A stretch of DNA of 48,636 nt, filler included, from Sphacelaria rigidula (lineage: Eukaryota): the NCBI GenBank assembly GCA_964200075.2. It is 3 parts of 3 records of this genome, joined end to end, with 100 filler letters (N's around TTAATTAATTAA, not from the genome) between each part and the next. Parts side by side here need not be neighbours in the genome. Positions count along the whole stretch, not along the records: positions 16,247 to 32,391 come from CAXNAA020001466.1; positions 32,492 to 48,636 come from CAXNAA020001467.1; 1 more part is not named here. One strand, given 5' to 3'. Below the pieces are notes generated by a model. The model was given only the letters and a program-made list of their open reading frames with translations, was not told the DNA's origin and searched no databases. Below, one piece after another: positions 22,987-32,878 of this stretch. The position numbers and the translations under genes were made by a program. Positions within the stretch are counted from its first letter, which is position 1; each line of letters starts with the position of its first letter.

Positions 22987-25900
22987 TCAGATGTTCTCGC
23001 ATTCCAGTCGTGAACGAAGACCCTCCCCAGCGCCACAGACAAGACGAACGCGCTCATCATTCCCACCATGTGAGCCCCCAGGTCGGCGTCCGTCGGTGAG
23101 AACACAAGATACGTGGCTGATGAGTTCTGGGCCCCTTCCCCATCACCTCGCCCGAGCAGCTTGTTTCGTTGATCACGATAGGCTTTCCAGAATTCATCTG
23201 CACGGCGATCGATGCATCAGGCAGATAACACCGAATGAGATGCGAAGAAGAGTTGGGTAACGATCTTGATACCGTTTCTTCGCTGACTTGACGCTTCGAG
23301 ATGTGTATACTACTAATCCTGGCGAAAAAGTTGGGTTGTGCCAGACTGCGCGCCCTGATAAGTACTGTCTTTTGCGCGTACTGTTAGGGGTACGAATCGC
23401 TCACAAAACATATAGGAAATTTCCCCCCAAAAGTGTCTTGGCTCTTCCTGATGGACAAATCAAGCTAGCCACTCAGAAACAAAGGATCCGTCCGGTCGGT
23501 TCCAAGAGAACCCTGGAAGGCCTTCTGCACAAATCACACACTCTGCCGCAGGTGCATTTCTCATGAGCGTACTGATAGATCATTTCGTAAGTGAAGATTA
23601 TTCCGATGCACATACCGACTTTGGGGGTGACTACAGACAAGGACAAATTGCAACAGAGAGTACAACAACAGCAGTACAACGCAGTACGAAAGCTGTGTGG
23701 TACAGACAGTACAGTGCAGTGTTGTCTCATCCCCCCCCCCCCGCTGCTTTCCTTCCCTTCTTCGATGGGCACCAGAAATGATCAGATTACACGAAATCTT
23801 TGAAAAGCGTTTGTTTCTGTGAGCCTCTACGGCGGGTCACCTGGGTCTTGCATTCATCTTTCAAGTCAAAATTATGTCAATGCACAACAGAGTACTCTCC
23901 CTGAAGGTGACTGCATATGGATGGACATAGCCGAACAAGGCTCAGTACAGCACAGGACAATGCAGCACGATGTAGAACAGTACAGTTCAGGAGAATGATG
24001 TCTTCTCTCCCGCCCCCCCTGCGTTCCTTCCCATTGCTCCCATTATCTATGGCCATTACCATGGACCAGATTACAAAAAACCTTTCGAGAGCGTGAACTC
24101 GTCCTGCCCCTAGCTCTGGAATTGAACCCTTGGACCTCCACGGTGGGTAATCTGTATCTTACACTCATATTTCACGTCAAAAATTGTGCCAATGCACAAC
24201 AGATGACTCGCCCTGACGGTGGTTATTTAGAGATGGGCAAAGCCGAACAAGGCACAACAGTACGATATAGGGCAATGCAGTACAGTACAGTTCAGCAGAG
24301 TGTTGTCTTCTCTCTCTCCCTCCGTGCGTTCCTTCCCACTGCTCCCATTGACTATAGGTATCACCATTGAGCAGATTGCAAGAAACCTTTGAAGAGTGTG
24401 AACTCGTCCTGCCCCCAGCTGTGCACGTGAGCCGTTGGGCCTTCACGGTAGGCAATCTGGGTCCTGTTCATATTTCGAGTAAAATCATGCCAAGTCAGTA
24501 TATGTGAACACAACACTGAATCTTCATGGCAGCGCAAAGGTTATGTACAGCCGGCAGGCCACATGCGGCGGTAAAGGTGGACTCTGCATAACCAGGAAAG
24601 AGAAGAGCACAAGACGGTCACCATGATGTTGTCTGTTCCAGTACACACCACGCTCCCTCACGTGGGTCCCCAGAGCGGCTGAGTATACAGGCAGAAACGC
24701 TCCTCTGTTACCAACTTGTCGGAGTGCATTACACACGGATATACTTTTACGGAACCGAAGAACTTACTCCGGCTCAGATCTCTCCTCTCTTCTTGCCTCC
24801 ACCGTCCCGTTTGCGTCTTTTCTGTTCATTTGCTCTTGTCGGGGACGGTGGTGTGTTGGGGAGAGTCCATCGATAGGCCGCCTAAATCAGAGACGATCTC
24901 GTCGACCACGAGTGCGATTCGAGCGCTGTTTCTTGCGTTGTGTGCTTCAAATCACAATGCATGTTGTGATGGCTTTGCTTTCCGGGAACGTCCCACGCTC
25001 GGCACATCAGGCGGCAAAAAGTATTTTTTTTGCAGAGTTTCAGCGAACGCTACAAGAGTTGAGAAGAAAGGATGTAACCTTGCAGTGTGTGTCAGGGGTG
25101 TGGACGTGAATGTAGCGCCTGAACAGGGAGAACGTCGCTTAAACGCACGATTTGCTCGTTCTAATGATGTTGTGTTTAATCAAGTATATCCACATGGAAG
25201 AAAGGAAACGAGGATGAGTTGTCTCTGGTCGATAAAATTCCGTCGAACGACCTGACAAAATTCGGAGGCTAACACCCCCCCGATTCGCACCCCTGACTGT
25301 AGAGATCGAACTCAGGAATTCTACATATGAGCATTCATCGTCACGTCGGTGGCTGTTTTCCTCCGGTGCAAATCGACACCTCTGCCATGGTTTGATCTCT
25401 ACAGTCGTCGAGCAAGGAGCCCTTTAAATTCTTGCTGAGACCCAGCCGGGGCAAAAGCCGATAAACTCGTGCTCCTGTTGCTCGGGTGGCCATGGTTATG
25501 TTGCTGTTGCTTGTGGGTCCATGGTCACCCTGACATGAACCTCGAGGCGCCTATTACAACGTGGACGGACAACGACGTCCACGTCATGGCGAAGATGCCA
25601 ATGTGCATACGCACAACGTGTTGCTCATATTTGCCAACCTCACAGAATAACACCCAAACACGGCATGTGCACGTGAAAACTCTCCGCGACGTGGACATTC
25701 TTTTTTGCACCTGAAGGTACTCCATTTGCCCTGTGTGTACTGGTAGCGTCATACAGCGGGACAGGGCGGTCAGCACGACATCGAGAGGGCCGCAACGGGT
25801 ACCACAGATGCTGAGACCAAAGTTGCGGCTGAGGTAAGTCGAACCCGATCATGCGAATATGCATGGGGTCCCCCTCGATCCTATCGCTGATAGCCCTATC

Positions 25901-26426
25901 AAGTGTGTGTGGATATAGCCCTCTTCGCGGCAGGCGGTGTGGGTATACACATATACATGAAACCGACATCAGGTTGCACCCTGTTTCCACGGTTGTTCAT
26001 CGGTCGACCCGACACTCTATATCCTAGACACACCCGACAAAGGCGGTCGTATCCTATAACCCTGATCTGAGTTTTCACCCACTAGCACTGCCGAGAGGCA
26101 TCAAAGATATGTCGCTACACACCTGTGCGAGCCAAACTGATTTCCTTGTCGTGGTGGCGGTTGTTGTCTTCCCTCATGACGACGTCGACGATGTCGAGGT
26201 GAGTCGCCTTATATTTCGCGGCATCTTGCTGTGCCGCGTCGGTGGGGTAGCCGGCCTGACGCTCAGTTGCTGATGAATGTTTTACTCTTGAGTTCAAGCC
26301 ATGTTCAGAGCTTCGAATCTTGCGGAGACCCTGGTGTCGTGCGTTCCATCCACCTGTCAACAAGCCCAGATTTAGCCCCAGTGCGACTATGACCACCAAG
26401 CACAGCACAAGAATCGATCTTCGCAT
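22987..26426 (-). CDS. Type II membrane glycosyltransferase-like protein (fucosyltransferase-like N-terminal motif); first two exons only
   Basis: Exon 26426-26123 (MRRSILVLCLVVIVALGLNLGLL... signal anchor plus stem, phase-1 donor G|gtgtgt) joins in frame to exon 23197-22987 (DEFWKAYRDQRNKLL...TYLVFSPTDADLGAHMVGMMSAFVLSVALGRVFVHDW, donor |gtgagt). This resembles the YLVxxxxxGLGNRxxxxxSAFxxAxxxxRxxxxDW start of GT37/GT23-like catalytic domains. Downstream exons were not found. Confidence 0.6.
23585..25130. mobile_element. Composite intronic element with ~310-bp tandem units (copy 1; non-autonomous, class unassigned)
   Basis: About three tandem units (gtcaaaattatgtcaatgcac...agccgaacaagg...cagtacag...cagattac...gtgaactcgtcctgcccc) are followed by a tail (gtcaccatgatg...tctgttccagtaca.accacgctc...ggagtgcatt) also present at about 29800-31100. 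Confidence 0.7.
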
Positions 26427-26589
26427 CTCGGTCCTTCACCGCTGGAGAAAAACCCGTAGGAAAAGGAAAGTTTACGGAACATGCACATGTTACGGGTGTG
26501 GCAGGGCGGTCGATGGCTGTGGATGTACCGTATCTGATCGCGCGAGATCGAAGCATACAAGCAACTCTTTTTGGTTTCTAACTCTAGCT

Positions 26590-26655
26590 TTGTTTCCTGT
26601 TCCTGTCCTTCGTCTCTCTGTCTCTCTGTCTCTCTGTCTCTCTCTCCCTAGCTCG

Positions 26656-26691
<36 letters not shown>

Positions 26692-26860
26692 CTCTTTTTT
26701 TTTTCCCTTCCCCCCTCTCCCATTTTCTTTTTTTTTTTTCCTGTTTCTGTCCTTCTTCTCTCTTGCTCCCTTTCCCTCTGTCTCTCTCTCCCCAGCTCCC
26801 CCCCCCCCCCCCCCTCCTCCCACACCATCCCTTGCTTGTTTCTTGTCATCCTTCCTCCCT
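26590..26860. repeat. Pyrimidine-rich low-complexity tract with internal duplication
   Basis: (CT)n, poly-C and poly-T runs; tttcctgtt.ctgtcctt...ctctgtctctctctccc.agctc.ccccc occurs twice. Confidence 0.85.
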
Positions 26861-27694
26861 GTCCCAAATTTATTTTTCTGACGTCCGCGGATTTTGCATC
26901 ATCTGTGCCCTCCAGGCAGGCAGAGTTGGCGGCCGAAAGTTCCCGCCTACTGGTGTCGTCTCCTGATGAGACTGACTCCGCAACCTTCTCACACGCCCTT
27001 CCTGTAGGCCTACAATCTGATGCCGACAAGGGGTCGGTGGGCTTTCTCTGGGAAACGATACTAACTCGCTGCGGGGTATCCATGTCGGTTTATCGTGTTC
27101 GCTCCTTCTCTCATTTTCCTGTTAACCCTCCTTGTGGCGTATTCTCTAGTGAGTGCACGCATTTTATGCGTCAGGGGTACGTCCATCGGCTGGATTTGTG
27201 GCGGGCGAGGGAATGTGCGACAACCAATTCATCAATGCATCAATGCATCATTCCATCAATCGATCAGCGCAGATATTTTGCTGCATGAGCTGATTGCACC
27301 GATCACGCACACCGGTGAAGCGCGAAACAAACATCACAGCCCCCAAAGCGACGAATTTTCCGTTCGCTACAAGAACAACTCGCTTCGAATCGCAGCTGGC
27401 TGGCTATCACCAACCTTCGACACAATGAGCGTGCCGGAAGATCAAGCTTTCAGAGTGGCGCATCAAATGTGTCAGCAAAAACTTGACCGGACCCCAAGAG
27501 AGTGGACTTTCTTTCGAATCATTTCAATGCATGCCACGGGGAAAAATTGATCACGAGGAAATCCCACGAGACGGGATGGGAATTCCCGCCCCGTCATTTC
27601 TTCGGCGACGGGAAAATGGTCCCATCTCGTCCCATGCTCGCGGGAAAATTTCCCGATATTTTTCGCGCGAATTCACAGGATTGATTGATTCGAT

Positions 27695-27900
27695 TGGTTG
27701 ATTGTCGCACTTGAACTTACAATCCAGGTATCCAGCCGTGGTGACATGATAGACGTACCCGAGACAAAACAAAACTGAAACACTCGCTGAAGAAAAAGAG
27801 GAAACAGAAAAGGTGGTACACAAAAACATCAAAGACTAGGACGTAAAAATAAACGAACAAATAAATGCATGAAAATAAAAATAAAAAAGTAAGAAACAGC
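27695..27900. repeat. Dispersed repeat shared with 46285-46450
   Basis: ttgattgtcgc...atccagcc...catgatagac.tacccgagacaaaa...actgaaacactcgctgaagaaaaa occurs in both places. Confidence 0.8.
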
Positions 27901-28062
27901 CGGTCTCTGCCACGTGGCTTCGGCCTACGAGGTCTTGCGCAGAACAACAGTCATACCCAGTCGTAGAAAACAAAAGGCCGTGGAAAGGAAATACAGGAAC
28001 TCTCGTCATATCTGATGGTTTCCTGAACGGAACTTCCAGTTCAATTTGACGGGACTTTTAAA

Positions 28063-28420
28063 TGCGTGTGTGTGTTGTCGTCCCGTCTATTCTGGACGTC
28101 AGTCTACACCTTTTGGTATATGTGAGCGTAACAGCCGGGGTCACACAGGAGGAAGGTCAACACAGGAGTTTTTTTTCTTCTTTGTTTTTAGTACTCCTCC
28201 TTCCTTCTGCGGCGTTTGGATTCATGTTTTTATCGCGAGAGGGGTTTAGGACTCCCTTTCCCTCGTCAACCGTCAAGTCGTACTTTGTGTACCCAAGACA
28301 TAGTCGCTCTAACGGTTGGGCGTGGTGTGAGGAAAAATCCCAGATCGCTCCGAGATTTGAACCCACGACCCAACCGTCAGAGGGTGTCGAGGTTACCAAC
28401 TGAGCCACGGGGGTGACCGG
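28063..28420 (-). mobile_element. Full-length tRNA-derived SINE-like element (family 1)
   Basis: On -: A box TGGCTCAGTTGG (28407-28396), B box GGTTCAAATCT (28363-28353), a body of about 270 nt and a short (CA)n tail. Other copies lie at 1-30 and 15796-16146. Confidence 0.8.
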
Positions 28421-28949
28421 AGTATATAGGATATGTAGATATATATATATGATTGTATCTTACCGCATATTGGTGATCGCATGTGGGAACAAGTTTTCCT
28501 TTCTTGACTTTGAGGTTCTCGCCCCTTTCATAGCTCGTTGTCATGTTTCACACGACCGGATGAACGGTCACGATTACCCACGCCAGTACACCTGTGACAT
28601 TCCAGGTGCTTGTGCCAAGGAACCTCACCACTGCGGGCTATCCGCCGAGCCGCGACAATACCCGTTCAAATGACGGTGGTAAAGAGGACACAGCGGGGGA
28701 GATAAGCATCACCAGCAGTTCCCAGGAACGCCGGCCACAGTTATCTAGCATAGTGCGTAGTGTCAGGGCAACTGGGAGGTGGTAGTGGGATGTCGGGGCA
28801 CCTTGTGGGTCGGAAAATGTGGCGACAAGCGGCAAACTCAACGTTCAGAACTAGCCCGACTGCCCAAAGGTTGAGTTAAGTTTAGATTAGGATTGGCGTT
28901 GGAGCTAAGGATAGCGAGATCTGTGTAGGTGCTAATGGAACGCGCCACT

Positions 28950-29048
28950 CGCTTGTCAAGCAGCATCATGCACGATTATTTAGGGCACCCGATCGTCAAG
29001 CAGCATCATGCACGATTATGTAGGGCACTCGCTTGTCAAGTAGCATCA
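28950..29048. repeat. ~41-bp minisatellite, ~2.4 copies
   Basis: gtcaagcagcatcatgcacgattat(t/g)tagggcac occurs twice, followed by a partial third copy. Confidence 0.9.
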
Positions 29049-29799
29049 GCGCCATCCCCCAGCAGTGTGTCAGGGCTGTGATTCCTGCCCCGTCCCGTCC
29101 CGACGGTCCCCCCAAACTCTCGCCCGGTCCGATCGCTTGTTCCACGACAGGAAATCGGTCCTATCCCGTCCCATCGACATTTTTGCAACGGAAATTCTTT
29201 CTCGTTCGTGACGAAGTCCGGTATCGAGCCCACGAGCTTGTATTATCGTTCAACGTCCATCTGCGACATGAACTTCCCCCCGGGATACATACCTATCTGA
29301 CATATCGAATTCATCTAGAATATCCATCTGGGATGTGGACGCTGATATGGGATGTCCATCTGACATGCCAACATCCATTTCGCATGGTTGTAAGATGAAG
29401 GGAATTTGAGGAAGAAATTGGATGCGCACACCCCTGTCACGCCCTCGTTGATCGTGCCCAACTGTAGCAGTCATTATCGTAACATAGTGCGCAGGCGCGC
29501 CGCCAATACGACGTTTGAGATATAAAGTTGCTCACATCATTCCAGTTACGATTGGAAATCAGCGACAACTGGCCTACTCTGGTACGGCACGTACGGTACA
29601 GTACAGTCAGGGATGATATTCGCTCAAAACCTATATAGGATATAAAGTTTCGAGGAGGTGTTCCGGCTCTTCCTGATGGAAAAGTCGAGCTAGCCAATCA
29701 CAAACGGAGGGTCCATCCGGCCGGTTCGAAAAGAACCCCAGACTGAATGCCTTGTGCACATGTGACACACGCGCTACCCTCGTGCATTGCTCACGGCCG

Positions 29800-31100
29800 T
29801 GCTGTCTGTACACCATTCATTTTTCAAGTGAGTATTATGCCAATGCAACAGATGACCCTCCCTGGGGGTGACTGTGTAGATAGACAGGCGAGTCCGAACT
29901 AACTCGCACAGTGCAACAGTGCTAGCATCCAGTATAATGGAGAGTAGTACAGTAGAGTACATTTTGCCTCCTCTCCCCCCTGCTGCACCCTTTCCCTTCG
30001 CTCATGGGTCTCACCGAGGATCAGATTACACGAAATCTTCGGAGAGCGTGAACTATTCCTGTCGCCATCTCTCAAAGTATACCTTTCGACCGCCGCGGTG
30101 GGTCATCTGGTTCTTGAATACATTCTCCAAGTGAAAATCTTGCCATTGCAGCATATGACGCACCCTGTGGGTGGCTGTGTAGATAGTTAGACGAAGCCGA
30201 ACGAAACCGTGCCGTACAACCGCCGTCAACTATGACCAACTCCGCAAATCTGCGCACCATGATGTGGTACCAAGTACAGCGCAGCACAGAACAAAATAGT
30301 ACAGTATTTCCCCCCCCCTGCTGCATTTCTTCTGTTCGTTTATTGGTATCACCGAGAATCACATTCCACGAAACCTCTGGACAGGGTAAACCCTTCTTGC
30401 CGCCATTTCTTCTAATAGTGAAGCCTTCGACCGCCAGGGTGAGTTGTCTGGGTCTTGGATTATCGATTATGCCATTGAAAGATACGACCAACTCTAGGGG
30501 TGATACTTGCCCTCATGTTTCTCGAAGAAAAAAAGCTGAAGATTTGTCGCGGTGGATGGATACTGTTCAAGCGGTACGGCGCACAAGGCGATACCGATAG
30601 GCTCAAGGCAGCTGTCGAAACACAACCGCATAGAACTGTCACCATGATGTCTGTTCCAGTACATACCACGCTCTCTACCTTGGCTTTACCATGCGGCTGG
30701 GCACACAAGCGGGAGCGCTCTTCTTTCCATAACCTGTAGGAGTGCATTGTACATAGGAACACGCACGCACCGAAAAGAAGTGACTCCGAATCAGAGTCCT
30801 CCCACGTGTCCACCCACCCCCTTTCGTCTTTAGTTTTTCCCCATTTGCCTTTGCTGAGGAATGCGGGTTGGTCACAAGCCTCTTTCGAGGGGCTGACTGA
30901 CTTTGGCTCCCTCAGTTCTCCTCGACGATGTGTGCGGTTCAAACGCTCTTTTTTCCGCTCTGTGATAAAAATCCGAATCCAGAAGGGGAGGTCCCTATTT
31001 CAGGGCGCGTCCCGCTCTCAGCAAAATACACCGCGAAATACGTTTTGTTTTGCAGGTTTTGAGGGTACTCTGTGGAAGCACTCAAGAAAAGAGGTCCGCG
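29800..31100. mobile_element. Composite element with tandem units (diverged copy 2 of 23585-25130)
   Basis: Two degenerate tandem units followed by the same gtcaccatgatgtctgttccagtacataccacgctc...ggagtgcatt...actccg tail. Confidence 0.65.
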
Positions 31101-32391
31101 CCCACTCTGGGTCAGATGGGTGGAGGTGTATGTGGCATCTGGCTCGGGAGGGCGTCGCCTAAACGTACGATTGCTCCATCAAAAGGGTGTTGTATAAAAT
31201 CAAGCGTATCCATACAATGGTTGGAAAAATGTCGTCGAACAGCCCCGACACTTTTCGGAGGCTGACCCCTCCCCCCTCCCCCCCCTCCCCGCCTAGATAC
31301 GCATCTCTCAACTGTACAGTACAGAACCGTATAGTGCAGAATGCAGCGTGCCAAGTTAGACAGGCCTGGGCAGAAACGATACTGCGGACGAATACGAAAT
31401 ACTGTAGAAATGGAGGGAAGCTGAGGACGGAATGTGAGCACGCCATCAACAAACGTGCCAAATATGGAATTGCAGCAGATGGGGTGCAGGGGTGCTACCA
31501 ACATGATATAGACATGGTTGTTGCTCATTTGCGGTTTGGTCGGACATCGGTGAGCACCGGTTAATGGTTGAGTGTAGTGCAATACAGCACAGTATGGTAG
31601 AGTACAGTTCGTGCCGACTATACAAAAGTACGAGTTGGGCCAGTCTGGAAACGGATTCAAAATGTCACAGCCATGTCTCACGGCCGCTCAAGACGGGAAT
31701 ATCTTGACCCATATTCTTGTGTAAATTCTAACTTCAGGAGACGAGACACATATGGGCCCAAATATGCAACTCCTACCGTGACATGACTCATTCTGAAACG
31801 CATTGAGTGTGGGCCATTTTTTTGCATGGATCAAGGCAACGATAGGTGAGAAAAAACTCTCAGATCCATAGCCCCCACCCTCCCCCTGGCGGGGCGAAAA
31901 AAACGAATTCCTGCGAAACACCTTTTGCTGGTGGATATAGTGGACAAGCTAACAGCTTCTTCTGCTGACAGTCTATCGCGACAAGATCCAACGCGCTGTG
32001 GTCGTTCGATCATGATGCATCGCAGTGCAATGCGACATCAATTATTGTACCGTAGGACTCGTGGACGAATACCGGCCACAGGAAATGGCGTACATTTATC
32101 AATTTCTGGGTTGTTGCTGACCCTACCGTACGGTATTTCCGAAAAACATATATTCCACGTCATCTTCTCGTCTCGAGACACGATTTGAAATGCGTATGTC
32201 ATTCGATCGAAACATGCGCATACATCACTGCAAACCCCAGCATCGGCCCAGCCTCGAGGCTCCATATAGTGTAACAGGAAAAGAGACAACTTCCTCGTGC
32301 TATTTCGACTAAACACTCGAGTTCAATTCCCGATGCGTTGGTTTTTTTCTTCGTAATGTATGATTTCCACCGCGGAAAGCGTGAGAACGTG

Positions 32392-32491
32392 NNNNNNNNN
32401 NNNNNNNNNNNNNNNNNNNNNNNNNNNNNNNNNNNTTAATTAATTAANNNNNNNNNNNNNNNNNNNNNNNNNNNNNNNNNNNNNNNNNNNN
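32392..32491. other. Artificial contig spacer (N44-TTAATTAATTAA-N44)
   Basis: Identical 100-nt linker to 16147-16246. Confidence 0.97.
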
Positions 32492-32755
32492 ATGGAATCG
32501 TTTGATGCATTAGACAGTAGGGAGAAAACGATGGCTATACCAGGAGATAAATGGTGACCAGAGATGGCGAACCAGGACGGGGATAAGATCTGTAAAGAGT
32601 TTATGTGTAATGTATGGAAGAAACGTAATGAGCGCCGGAATGTTGGAGGCGTCTCTATCAGGAGTGGGAACGGTGCTCTGTCTCGAAAGGGATGCGTGGT
32701 CAATGGTAAAACGACTAAGGCAAGCAACAAATGAGTACGCCCCCCTCCCCCCCTA
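32492..32755 (+). mobile_element. LINE 3' remnant (same family as 21701-22100), truncated by contig start
   Basis: atggaatcgtttgat...ggagata.atggt...ggggataa...aagaaacgtaatg...tctcgaaagggat.cgtggtcaatggt...cgactaaggcaagcaacaaatgagtacgccccctccc matches the reverse complement of about 21695-21955. Confidence 0.8.
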
Positions 32756-32878
32756 CACCCCCAACCTTCCCCTTTCGTGATGACGCATCATCAAGCTTGC
32801 ACGTTGGGCAAGTCGAGAAGGTCCTTCATTAGCAAATGCCCCCCGTGCATTTGGCAGATATCTATGGTGTGCTGCTAC

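Noticed and set aside
26320..27288. Longest ORF in the track (322 aa) and its antisense partners
   Set aside because: It is kept open by (CT)n/poly-C low complexity, and no domain-like sequence is visible.
28340..28420. tRNA gene
   Set aside because: It has A/B boxes but no convincing cloverleaf, and it is fused to a repeated body with a (CA)n tail, so it is a SINE head.
28950..29048. CRISPR-like direct repeats (also 6820-6902)
   Set aside because: The units are nearly contiguous without unique ~30-nt spacers, there are only 2-3 copies, the context is eukaryotic and no cas genes are present.
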